Below, piece by piece: positions 9,297 through 17,730 of a stretch of DNA of 64,000 nt. Positions within the stretch are counted from its first letter, which is position 1; every line of letters begins with the position of its first letter. The translations under genes were made by a program, and so were the position numbers. Source of the DNA: Candidatus Niyogibacteria bacterium. GTDB taxonomy: Bacteria; Patescibacteriota; Minisyncoccia; HO2-45-28. The DNA is taken from positions 281,762 through 345,761 of the forward strand of contig CP066691.1 of NCBI GenBank assembly GCA_016432485.1, in the 5' to 3' direction. The notes below the pieces were generated by a model that worked only from the letters and a program-made list of their open reading frames with translations, was not told where the DNA came from and did not search any database.

Positions 9297-9469
9297 TTAC
9301 CCCTGTGTCATGTGACATCTCTACACTTTAAATACTGTCACGCACGGATTTTCTTTATTTTAAGCCATTTTTCATCTGTTAATACTTCGAATTGGTCATT
9401 TTATAGAAAATGTCATGGGGAACTTATGCTTGATTATTCGCCCTTTCTGCGGTACTCTCAATAAAGAAC

Positions 9470-9721
9470 TTGGTTGGGAGGAAAAACACGGAAATGTTTA
9501 TACAAACAGCTGGCTGGATAGGAACAACTCTGATTGTTCTTGCTTATTTTCTTGTTTCTCGCCAATATGTAACCGGAAAAAGCAAGATTTATCAACTTAT
9601 GAATCTGTTCGGCGCTATCGGCGTTGGCATCAATGTCTTTCACCAAGAAGCCTGGCCCGCTCTAGCTCTACAGATTACTTGGGCTATCATAGCCATTATA
9701 TCGCTCATTCGACCCAAGTAG
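9470..9721 (+). CDS. small integral membrane protein, hypothetical
   Basis: Three predicted TM helices; RBS GGGAGG upstream. Confidence 0.5.
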   Translation: MVGRKNTEMFIQTAGWIGTTLIVLAYFLVSRQYVTGKSKIYQLMNLFGAIGVGINVFHQEAWPALALQITWAIIAIISLIRPK

Positions 9722-9825
9722 CTCGGTTCATTGAAATCGGGCTTTTTTCTTTGTTTTATCTCCCGTGACACTTCTTATATTTCTTCCCCTGTTTGATTTG
9801 CCGCGCGGATATCCAAATCTTAATC

Positions 9826-10524
9826 TCAAAAAGTCAGCCGGCGGAATGGCTCGGCATATTTTGTCCCGCTCTTTTTACCGTTTAGGCGCGCCCGTTCTAC
9901 AACTCCTTTTTCAAGCAGACGCATATCATGAAACTGGCTCTTATGCGCCCGCAGGGCTTTTAATTTCAGTCCGATGGTTTTAGAAATGTCCATAAATTTA
10001 TTCGGATTTTCAGGATTCCAAAACCAGGCCTCGTTTATTTGATGGGGTTTAAACTTCTTGGCCAATTCCGGAAAATAATATTTTGAACCGGCCGCGGGGT
10101 AAATGGCGTCAAAAACGGCTTCAGCCGACGTCCGATGGTCGCGATGCGAGCCGTAAAAACTAATAAAAGATTTATTGGCCGGGTCCGGAGAAACAATTAT
10201 ATCCGGCCCGACCATTCTGATAACTTTGACTATTTTTTTACGCAGGGCTTTGGTATTTTCAACCTCTCCGTCAAGTTCATCCAGAAACAAAACTTTTTTA
10301 ACTCCGACTATTTTGGCCGCGTTCATCTGTTCTTTGCGGCGCGTATTTTTCATTGCTCCGGCATTCAGGCCGGCTTTGTGCGCCCCTTTTGAGCCGTCAG
10401 TTATGACGCAATAAAAAATTTCATTGCCGTTTTTGGCAAGCTCCGCGGCGCTTCCGCTAAAACCAAAATCCGCGTCGTCGGGGTGCGGAGAAAATACCAG
10501 AAATTTTCTGACTTTCTTTGCCAT
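9826..10524 (-). CDS. PIG-L/LmbE family N-acetylglucosaminyl deacetylase
   Basis: N-terminal PHPDDADFGFSGS motif and downstream HRDH signature of the LmbE-like fold. Confidence 0.75.
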   Translation of the reverse strand: MAKKVRKFLVFSPHPDDADFGFSGSAAELAKNGNEIFYCVITDGSKGAHKAGLNAGAMKNTRRKEQMNAAKIVGVKKVLFLDELDGEVENTKALRKKIVKVIRMVGPDIIVSPDPANKSFISFYGSHRDHRTSAEAVFDAIYPAAGSKYYFPELAKKFKPHQINEAWFWNPENPNKFMDISKTIGLKLKALRAHKSQFHDMRLLEKGVVERARLNGKKSGTKYAEPFRRLTF

Positions 10525-10841
10525 AAAAAATAAAAAGTATTTTTACAATTTAACATATTATTCAAAAGATTAAAATGGTTGATATGCCCTTATTTTTTAT
10601 GTTTTAGGCAGGCGCATATGGCGGTTTTTTAGCTCCGCGGTATTTGATTTTTCAAACCGGCCGTTCTTTGCCCCAGCGGGCAAAGTCGGCCTGCGCTCTC
10701 GGCGCAAAATCGGCCTCAATGCCTGCGCGGCATAAAAAAGAGGCCGAACCGTGCTTTTGCGCCTCCGAGAGCTTTGAAAAACCAAACACCGCTTCGCTTT
10801 TGTAAAAACCGCCAAATGTGCTTGCCCATTACCTTAAAGTA

Positions 10842-10870
10842 TTGACAAAATATAATAATAGGAGTATAAT
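10842..10870 (+). promoter_or_regulatory. consensus sigma70 promoter (TTGACA, 17 nt, TATAAT)
   Basis: TTGACA at 10842-10847, a 17-nt spacer and TATAAT at 10865-10870, about 70 nt upstream of the 10940 ATG. RBS GAGGAGGGAG lies before the start. Confidence 0.6.
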
Positions 10871-10939
10871 AGGAGTTAAATAAATAGGCAGTTCTTAAGA
10901 CAAACCAAGCGCCCACGGGGCGAAAGAGGAGGGAGTAAA

Positions 10940-11725
10940 ATGAGTTTCCGGATGAAGGTGGTGCTGTCTTTGGCCTTGACAATGTTCGGTCTCACTGCCG
11001 TAACCCCGGCCTTCGGGGACGTGCTCACCTGCGGCAAGGACGTGATCGTGAACAGCGATTCAACCTACGCGCGGTTTGCGGGTCTTGACCCTGACTGCTA
11101 CGGCAGGGGCGTGGAGCCAGCCGTGGTCGTCTCGAGTAAGGAACGGCGCGAGGCCGCCGAGGCGAGGATACGCATCTTGGAATCCGAGCTCAAGAAAGCG
11201 GTGGAGCCGGCCGTGGTCATCCCGGAGAGCAGCAGGAAACGGCACGAGGCCGCCGAGGCGAGGATACGCATCTTGGAATCCGAGTCCAAGAAGGCAATGG
11301 ATGAACTCAAAAAGCTGGCAGCCCTACGGGCAAAACCGGCAATCAAACCGCCGGTGGTGAAAACCACCCTGACAGCGAAAAAAGCAACTACCGTCGCCGG
11401 CAAAAAGAAGTCCGGCCCCCCCACGCCATCCTGGGTATGGATTATGATTGGCGTGGTGCTCATCGCGATCCTGGCGTCATTACTCGCCAAAGTCGCAGAG
11501 AACTTTCCAAGCCGGCTTATCATGAAAGGTGGGCGCCGAGCCGCCGCACCGGCCGGCCCAACCGCGCCGCCCAACCCAGAGGCGCCACCCGCCCCCGAAA
11601 ACGCAACCCCGCCTGACACTCCCGCGCCTGCCGAAGAGCAGTCCGTCGATGAAAAACCGCCGACGGAACCAGACGAACCCTCAACGCCGTCAACTACGTC
11701 GGGCGTCAGCACTTCCAGACGCTAA
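10940..11725 (+). CDS. secreted/membrane protein with a tandem roughly 31-aa repeat, a central TM helix and a Pro/Thr-rich tail; high-GC gene
   Basis: Signal peptide. Two tandem 90-96-nt repeats (11111-11200 and 11201-11296), each containing EAAEARIRILESE. TM helix WVWIMIGVVLIAILASLLA. PAPT-rich C-terminus. Local GC is visibly much higher than the flanks. Confidence 0.6.
   Translation: MSFRMKVVLSLALTMFGLTAVTPAFGDVLTCGKDVIVNSDSTYARFAGLDPDCYGRGVEPAVVVSSKERREAAEARIRILESELKKAVEPAVVIPESSRKRHEAAEARIRILESESKKAMDELKKLAALRAKPAIKPPVVKTTLTAKKATTVAGKKKSGPPTPSWVWIMIGVVLIAILASLLAKVAENFPSRLIMKGGRRAAAPAGPTAPPNPEAPPAPENATPPDTPAPAEEQSVDEKPPTEPDEPSTPSTTSGVSTSRR
11111..11296 (+). repeat. tandem direct repeat, 2 units of 90 and 96 nt, inside the CDS
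   Basis: gtggagcc[a/g]gccgtggtc...cgaggccgccgaggcgaggatacgcatcttggaatccgag repeated, with a 40-nt identical core. Confidence 0.85.
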
Positions 11726-11746
11726 ACCCGCCTGGACGGAAACAAA

Positions 11747-11778
11747 GGGGCTCCCCCACCAGGGAGCCCCGTTTTTTA
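11747..11778 (+). terminator. intrinsic terminator
   Basis: GGGGCTCCC-ccacca-GGGAGCCCC followed by GTTTTTTATT. Confidence 0.7.
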
Positions 11779-11869
11779 TTAGATTTCTTTTTTCATATTT
11801 ACTTTTTACGTAATTCATACTATCCTGGGGACAGAAGAACACGGTTCATTTGCCGGGAGGAAATATCAG

Positions 11870-12190
11870 ATGGTCACATTGCCGGACGGCGTTACGTTTA
11901 TTTTCGAACGAAACAGTAAATTAAAATATGTTAAAACTACCGAATACACCTCTGATCGCCTGCTGATTTTTTCCCGACTGATTAAAAAAACGACGGGGGA
12001 AATTTTAAATTCAATCGCTGATAAATTCAACGATGATATTTCGGAAGAACTTATCAATCGCCATCTTGATGAACTGGACCCGCCGCTGCCAAACCCGGAA
12101 GATGTTGAAATCCGGGGTCCGGTTACGGATATTGAAATTCGAGCGCAATTTACAAGGTCACAGGAGCGCCTGATAGAACCATCAGAATAA
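11870..12190 (+). CDS. hypothetical protein
   Basis: RBS GGGAGG 8 nt upstream; followed by terminator CCCCTC-atttgc-GAGGGG plus a T-run at 12200-12236. Confidence 0.45.
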   Translation: MVTLPDGVTFIFERNSKLKYVKTTEYTSDRLLIFSRLIKKTTGEILNSIADKFNDDISEELINRHLDELDPPLPNPEDVEIRGPVTDIEIRAQFTRSQERLIEPSE

Positions 12191-12257
12191 CAAACACCCC
12201 GCCCCTCATTTGCGAGGGGATTTTTTATTTTTTAAAAATGTTTCTTCCTCTTCTTTT

Positions 12258-12716
12258 TTACGCCTCCCTTATTTCGTGGCTGATAATCGTGTCATTATCC
12301 TTGAAGAAAAAATCGGCATTGAAGTTTTTGCCGGCCAGAAACAGGGGAAACCAGTGGCGGTCGTCGGGCCACATCTTGTCAAACGGAATTTCATCTTTGG
12401 CGTACCATTCGGGCTTCATTTCTTCCCCTTCCGTCGGCTCGCCTTTAAATTTTGTCGCGGAAAAAAGATGCACTTCCAGCGTTTCGGGATTACCCTGAAA
12501 TTCAAAATTGATTACTCCCCTCTTTTTTAAATCTTCCGGCACAACACTAATTTCCTCTTTTATCTCGCGCATTGCCGCCTGTTCAATGGTTTCTCCTTCA
12601 ACCGGCTTTCCGCCAAAACCGTTCCAGCGGCCCTCTCCAAAACCGCGTTTTTTTAAACCCAAAAGCACATGAGTATCGTTATGAATAAGGCAGAGGGTTA
12701 AAATTTTTTTAGTCAT
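12258..12716 (-). CDS. NUDIX hydrolase
   Basis: Nudix box GGKPVEGETIEQAAMREIKEEISV (GX5EX7REUXEEXGU). Confidence 0.85.
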   Translation of the reverse strand: MTKKILTLCLIHNDTHVLLGLKKRGFGEGRWNGFGGKPVEGETIEQAAMREIKEEISVVPEDLKKRGVINFEFQGNPETLEVHLFSATKFKGEPTEGEEMKPEWYAKDEIPFDKMWPDDRHWFPLFLAGKNFNADFFFKDNDTIISHEIREA

Positions 12717-12727
12717 ATATGAAAATT

Positions 12728-13219
12728 TTAGCGTATCAGCTGAAAAATGGCTATACCAAAGGCAACGCTGACATTAAGCGATTCCTTTTTGCCCCTCTGG
12801 GGAATTTCCAAAATTTTATCCGATTGTCTCAAAATACTTTCCGGCAGACCTTTTGTTTCTTCGCCCAAAATAAGTGCGTATTTAAACTTTTTAACAGATT
12901 TGAACTTAAAGATATTAACCGACTTTTTATGCTGTTCAAGCGCGAGTATTTTATAGCCCTCTTTTTTTAATTTTTTAATCAAGGCGGCCGCGGACTTGTA
13001 ATGTTCATACGACACGGAGTATTCCGCGCCGAGCGCGACTTTCGCCAGTTTCTGATTTATTCTGCCGTATTTATCGCGGGGCCCGGGCGTAATTCCGCAT
13101 AAATAAATTTTCTCAACGCCGGCGGCGTCGGCCGTCCTGAAAATTGAGCCGACATTATGCGAACTACGGATGTTATTTAAAATCGCGACCATAAAAAGAT
13201 AGTGTATCAATTTTAACAT
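12728..13219 (-). CDS. SpoU/TrmH-family RNA 2'-O-methyltransferase (SPOUT)
   Basis: C-terminal SPOUT knot motifs LILGEETKGLP and LNVSVAFGIAIFQL; about 160 aa. Confidence 0.8.
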   Translation of the reverse strand: MLKLIHYLFMVAILNNIRSSHNVGSIFRTADAAGVEKIYLCGITPGPRDKYGRINQKLAKVALGAEYSVSYEHYKSAAALIKKLKKEGYKILALEQHKKSVNIFKFKSVKKFKYALILGEETKGLPESILRQSDKILEIPQRGKKESLNVSVAFGIAIFQLIR

Positions 13220-13273
13220 AAAAACTTTACAAATTTTCCGCAGATAGTTAATCTTAGGCAGGATTTAGCTTCT

Positions 13274-13909
13274 TTGACCGGAGGAGAAATGCTTAAAAAC
13301 GCCCTGTGGCGCGGCTTTATTATTCTCGGGTTTTTACTGGTTGCCTCAATAACCTTAAAACTGATTTCTTCAACCTTTCTAGAGCCGCTATTCGTCAATC
13401 CCATAGAACGCGCATTGCTTAATTCGGCATTAGCGGATTTTTTGGACCAATTCTGGCTCAAGATGTTATCGTTTATTTTGGGCATAACGGGTTTTATTGC
13501 GGTTGTGACCATAGTGGGCTTGCTATCCATAGGCAATTTTGTTTCTCGTCTCTTCAGCCGCTTTCCACGTCTGGCAAAAATACCACTGTTAAAAAAATTG
13601 GCCGATATCTGGTTTATGAAAATTTTTGAATGGAAAACGGGACTCCACGCCCGCTATGTCATTGAAATGGAAGATCGGCTTTTTTATAGCGGCGGCAAGA
13701 TAATCGGAATTGTGACTAATGAATTTACTAAAGAAGACGGCCGCGTCTTTTGCAATGTTTTCTTGCCAACCGCGATAAGCATCTGGACCGGAAATTTGCT
13801 CAAAGACGTCCCTAAAGACGAGTTCCGTATTTTGGATGGAGCGACTTTAAGCGAATGCACTATTTTATTCGGTTCCTTCGGCGCCAATGATCCCCTTCAT
13901 CGTCATTGA
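13274..13909 (+). CDS. DUF502-family membrane protein
   Basis: Two N-terminal TM helices plus a conserved C-terminal region (FLPTAISIWTGNLL) typical of DUF502. Confidence 0.55.
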   Translation: MTGGEMLKNALWRGFIILGFLLVASITLKLISSTFLEPLFVNPIERALLNSALADFLDQFWLKMLSFILGITGFIAVVTIVGLLSIGNFVSRLFSRFPRLAKIPLLKKLADIWFMKIFEWKTGLHARYVIEMEDRLFYSGGKIIGIVTNEFTKEDGRVFCNVFLPTAISIWTGNLLKDVPKDEFRILDGATLSECTILFGSFGANDPLHRH

Positions 13910-13964
13910 CAAAAATCAAGTCGGCTGATATGATATCCTTGGAATAAATGAGGAGGAGAAAAAA

Positions 13965-14192
13965 ATGATGGTGCTGGATGAACAGTTTTTACGTTGCGGA
14001 AATGAAGGTTGCGGTGAAATACTTAAACGCTTGCCCAGTCCATATTTTGAGTTAGGAGTTTGCTATTACGGATGTCCGAGATGCAATCTTGTTTTTAAAG
14101 CAAAGATTGAAAATAACGCTATTAGCGCGCTTGAAAAAGACGAAAGAACTTACGAAAAATATATGCTGGAACATCCCAAAAATTGGGAATGA
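13965..14192 (+). CDS. small zinc-ribbon protein (2x CxxC)
   Basis: CGNEGCGE...CYYGCPRCN; RBS GAGGAGG upstream. Confidence 0.5.
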   Translation: MMVLDEQFLRCGNEGCGEILKRLPSPYFELGVCYYGCPRCNLVFKAKIENNAISALEKDERTYEKYMLEHPKNWE

Positions 14193-14240
14193 TAAGTAAA
14201 AATCTCATCAAAACCGCTTCTGCAAAAGTCAGAGCGGTTT

Positions 14241-14609
14241 TTATGTCGAAAAGTAATTTTTTCGGCGAGACCAAAAATCCAACGCAAGAGCTAAAGCGCC
14301 TGCCAGAAGTCCTATGTCGCGAACGGTTATGGCGTTAATTCCCGAAACCAATAAAACCAGCGCCAAATGAAGAACGGCTAAAAGCGAGGCCGTGAATGTC
14401 CAAAAATTAATCAGCAGGAAAAAACCCACCGCCAAATCAAAAATACCCGCGCCAATCATCGTTTTTTCCGGAGTAGTAAAAAGAAAATTCACGGCCCACG
14501 GCTTTATAAACCCGCTCCAGGCCGCGGGATTTTGCAAAATCAAAACGCCTATCCAGACAAAAGTAATGCCCAATCCTATTCGTAAAATATGCGCCGAGGC
14601 GGTTTTCAT
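14241..14609 (-). CDS. DoxX-family membrane protein
   Basis: Four TM helices and a DoxX-like N-terminus (LRIGLGITFVWIGVLILQNPAAW). Confidence 0.65.
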   Translation of the reverse strand: MKTASAHILRIGLGITFVWIGVLILQNPAAWSGFIKPWAVNFLFTTPEKTMIGAGIFDLAVGFFLLINFWTFTASLLAVLHLALVLLVSGINAITVRDIGLLAGALALALDFWSRRKNYFST

Positions 14610-15748
14610 AATTTTCCCTCCTTTATTTTCCGGCGTATGTTCTCCACGAATTTATTAAAACAAAAAAGATTATGCATCGTCAATAAGCGTAAGGGCGTTA
14701 TCTCCCGCGCGCGCAGCAAGTGTGAAATATAATTTCGCCTGTAATTTTTGCAGACAAAACAGGAGCAATGCTCGTCAATCGGTTTTTTATCTTTCAAAAA
14801 GCGGCTTTGGCTGAGATTGACCGGTCCGGAATTCGTAAAGGCAACTCCCGTTCGCGCGTAATGCGTGGGCACGGTGCAATCAAATGTGTCTATGCCGCTT
14901 TTAATTATAAGTTCGATGTCTTCAAGTTTGCCTATACCCAATAAATGCCTTGGCTTTTTTTCATCAAGAAGCGGGAGCGTCCACGAAATTATGTCTTTGG
15001 TTGTTTTCTTGCTTACGCCCAAATCTCCTCCGATGCCGTATCCGTCAAAACCCAGCGAATTTATAAATTTCGCGCTTTCCTGTCTCAAGTCCTTAAAATC
15101 AGAGCCCTGCGTTATGCCGAATAGCGATTGTTTTTTATTTTTTTTTGATTCCAAACATATTTTCGCCCATTTGTGGGTGCGTGCCAGAGATTTTTTAATA
15201 TAGTCCTTTGACGACAGGGGGGCGGTACATTCGTCAAAAGCAAAAATAATATCGGCGCCGAGGGCCTCCTGTATTTTTATTGATTCTCTCGGACCTAAAA
15301 AAAGCGGGCGGCCGTCCACGGGCGAACGGAAATGGACGCCGTCGTCGGTAATTTTTACCGATTTCGGCTGGGAGTGTTCTGAAATCATAATTTCTTTGCC
15401 GGATTGTCCGCTTATTTTCTTTCCCACGCCCAAGTCATGTCCAAAACCCAAACTAAAAACCTGAAATCCGCCGGAATCGGTCATGAGCGCGCCGGGCCAA
15501 TTCATAAATTGATGCAAGCCGCCGGCCGATTCAATTATTTTTTCGCCGGGCTTCAAATGCAGATGAAAAGTGTTGGCAATCAAAAGCCGGCAGCCGGCGG
15601 CCGCGGCTTCTTCCGAAGTCAAAGTTTTTACAACCGCCTGCGTCGCCACCGATACAAGGGCCGGTGTCTCAACTTCGCCGCGCTCGGTATGCAAAATCCC
15701 CAGCCGCGCCCGGCTCCTTTTTGATTTTTTAAGTATTTCAAAACGCAT
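14606..15748 (-). CDS. tgt: queuine tRNA-ribosyltransferase (tRNA-guanine transglycosylase)
   Basis: Tgt catalytic motifs (MTDSGGFQVFSL, LGIGKLED) and C-terminal Zn site CSCFVC...H. Confidence 0.9.
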   Translation of the reverse strand: MRFEILKKSKRSRARLGILHTERGEVETPALVSVATQAVVKTLTSEEAAAAGCRLLIANTFHLHLKPGEKIIESAGGLHQFMNWPGALMTDSGGFQVFSLGFGHDLGVGKKISGQSGKEIMISEHSQPKSVKITDDGVHFRSPVDGRPLFLGPRESIKIQEALGADIIFAFDECTAPLSSKDYIKKSLARTHKWAKICLESKKNKKQSLFGITQGSDFKDLRQESAKFINSLGFDGYGIGGDLGVSKKTTKDIISWTLPLLDEKKPRHLLGIGKLEDIELIIKSGIDTFDCTVPTHYARTGVAFTNSGPVNLSQSRFLKDKKPIDEHCSCFVCKNYRRNYISHLLRAREITPLRLLTMHNLFCFNKFVENIRRKIKEGKL

Positions 15749-15795
15749 TTTTATTATTTTAAGACACGCCTACATTTCAACTGGTATTTTAAGAT

Positions 15796-15846
15796 AAATG
15801 TTTTAAATAAGGTGATGTTTTAAATAGAATGATGTTTTAAATAGGA
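15796..15846. repeat. three tandem 17-bp repeats (TGATGTTTTAAATAGRA) in the tgt upstream region
   Basis: aaatgttttaaataagg / tgatgttttaaatagaa / tgatgttttaaatagga, directly seen. Confidence 0.8.
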
Positions 15847-15860
15847 TATATTCACCTAAG

Positions 15861-15888
15861 TTTAAACTACGATATATCGTAGTTGAAA
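15861..15888. promoter_or_regulatory. 28-bp palindrome (one mismatched pair), copy 1 of the YerC-associated operator; sits in the tgt promoter region
   Basis: tttaaactacgatatatcgtagttgaaa with a perfect 20-bp core at 15865-15884. A near-identical copy lies at 16404-16431. Confidence 0.6.
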
Positions 15889-15909
15889 TAAATGCATCTG
15901 TTTTTTAAC

Positions 15910-16326
15910 TTATTCTTTATTCATCATGTCATAAAACCATTTCCATCGGCCGCGTCCTCTCGGCGGAAGACCGGCGCTCAGTAAAATTTCCAAATCGTCA
16001 ATAAATCCTCTTTTTTTCTTGGCATCAACAATAATTGCCTTTATGTTGTCAAAATCCCCGCCCCTCATCCCCTTCCACAAACGGCCTACGGTAGAAGGAC
16101 TGACCTTCAGCGTTTTTTCCACTACCGTAAAAGGGTATTTGTTAAAAAGCATCAGGATAACAGCTAAGCGTTTGGCCAGCATTATCCGTTCCGTGGACGA
16201 CAAAAGGTCACCAAAGAAAAGCCGGCCAAAATTCTTATCTTTTAAGCTGGCCATAACGGCGTAAAAACGATCATTCATTTTTAAAAATGCTTTCTTTTTT
16301 AATTTTCTCTTCGAAATATGCGGCAT
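15910..16326 (-). CDS. TrpR-like YerC/YecD-family DNA-binding protein
   Basis: LLSSTERIMLAKRLAVILML...VVEKTLKVSPSTVGRL matches the YerC/YecD TrpR-like HTH pattern. Confidence 0.6.
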   Translation of the reverse strand: MPHISKRKLKKKAFLKMNDRFYAVMASLKDKNFGRLFFGDLLSSTERIMLAKRLAVILMLFNKYPFTVVEKTLKVSPSTVGRLWKGMRGGDFDNIKAIIVDAKKKRGFIDDLEILLSAGLPPRGRGRWKWFYDMMNKE

Positions 16327-16403
16327 ATATTTATTTGTGTTTTGATATTAACATCCATACTGCCAATGCTATTAACGGTTATATTAGCTTATAAAAACCA
16401 AGC

Positions 16404-16431
16404 TTTCAACTACGATATATCGTAGTTGAAA
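16404..16431. promoter_or_regulatory. perfect 28-bp palindrome, copy 2 of the YerC-associated operator, in the yerC promoter region
   Basis: tttcaactacgatatatcgtagttgaaa; perfect inverted repeat checked base by base. Confidence 0.6.
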
Positions 16432-16473
16432 ATAGGTTGAAAATGGATTGTGAGCACTAGTAAAAGGCCTTAA

Positions 16474-16506
16474 ATAAAAAAACGCCTCGAGAAAAACTCG
16501 AGGCGA
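16474..16506 (-). terminator. intrinsic terminator
   Basis: GCCTCGAG-aaaaa-CTCGAGGC followed on the minus strand by TTTTTTTATTT, downstream of 16517-17011. Confidence 0.7.
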
Positions 16507-16516
16507 AAATCAAAAC

Positions 16517-17011
16517 TCAATTGCCGTCGGATCCTCTGCCATACGGAATTTCCGACCTCTTCTCTTCCCACTTTTCGTCAGACAAAAGATAATCTTTATA
16601 GCTTGGTCTGGTCGAGAGACCGGCCCTTTTGGCGATTCCGTGCATTTCCCAAAAACAGTGTTTACGTGCCGCGGCATTTTTCTTACATATATTCAAATTT
16701 TCCACAGCACCCCAACTCGGGGCAGGATCATCCGCCACTATCTTAGACCATCTGGCTTCGTTTTCAAATGCCGCATTAAGAAAATCGGCTTCTCGTTTCA
16801 AAGCACGGTCAACAGCACCTCGAACAATTTTTCTCCAACCATCCGCGCATCCGCAATGTCTCGGTGTAAACGGATTTATGCCAAAAGTTCTTTGGAAATC
16901 AAACAGATTTATTTCATCTTCCCACATCAGCCATCTCGGTTTGCCATGAAATAAACCCAAACAGAACCCGAATGCTACTATGATAAAGGCCAAAACAAGC
17001 AGCGCCCCCAT
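16517..17011 (-). CDS. membrane-anchored hypothetical protein
   Basis: N-terminal TM helix; Cys/Trp-containing soluble domain; no recognisable family. Confidence 0.45.
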   Translation of the reverse strand: MGALLVLAFIIVAFGFCLGLFHGKPRWLMWEDEINLFDFQRTFGINPFTPRHCGCADGWRKIVRGAVDRALKREADFLNAAFENEARWSKIVADDPAPSWGAVENLNICKKNAAARKHCFWEMHGIAKRAGLSTRPSYKDYLLSDEKWEEKRSEIPYGRGSDGN

Positions 17012-17234
17012 CCACCTTTCCTCCTTTTTTCAAGGCGCTCTTCGCCTTGGGAGACGCTCTTCGCCTCCGAGGAGAACCGAACCCCGCCCAACGAAAGCCT
17101 ATCTTTCGCGGCGGGCCAAAACGCTTTTTCAAATCCTTCGTGAGAATATCAAAAAACAGGCGCTTCGTCAAGCCCTTTATGTTTTAAAAAATAATTTCCA
17201 TTCTCTCTAAAACCTACGATCGTAAGATTTAAAT

Positions 17235-17712
17235 TTACCCCCACCAGCGGTGAAGTCCGGGGAAATTTTTGCAAATAGGCAGATTCGCGCACCAGTTTTC
17301 CAAACCCCAGTAGCGTCCGGCGCGGACTGTCGCGAAATAAACCAGAACCAAAGCGTAAATTATATGGTCATCAATAATATATGAATTCTGGCCGATATAA
17401 GGAAAGGTCAAAACCGGAAAGTAGTAAAGAAGCATCAGCAAGGCGCCGAAAATCGAGGAAAACCTGACTCCGATACCCAAAATTAACGACGCGCCAAGCA
17501 AAGTCAGCCCCCCATTCATTTATAAAATTGATTGTCGGCAGGATATTCGGCTGTAAAAACCATTGATAAAACGCCGGAAAAGTTTTTGCCGAACCCAAAT
17601 ACCCCGCCGCCGACCAAGCCGGATTTAAAATCTTGGTAATTCCTGCGTAAAACATCACCCAGCCCATTGAAACCCGCAGGATAAATAACGCAAATTTTTG
17701 GCCGCCGTTCAT
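17235..17712 (-). pseudogene. DoxX-like membrane protein gene split by a frameshift (two overlapping ORFs 17371-17712 and 17235-17519)
   Basis: The upstream ORF has a DoxX-like N-terminus (FALFILRVSMGWVMFYAGITKILNP). The downstream ORF in another frame continues the TM helices. They overlap across 17371-17519. Confidence 0.45.
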
Positions 17713-17730
17713 ATTTAAAAATATTTTTAA

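Noticed and set aside
11060-11813. Several ORFs overlapping or antisense to the 10940-11725 repeat gene (11076-11360 plus, 11098-11712 minus, 11529-11813 plus)
   Set aside because: They are artefacts of the high-GC repeat gene. Only the frame with the signal peptide, RBS and promoter is coherent.
12210-12530. Plus-strand ORFs 12210-12530 and 12238-12498
   Set aside because: Entirely antisense to the well-supported NUDIX hydrolase gene.
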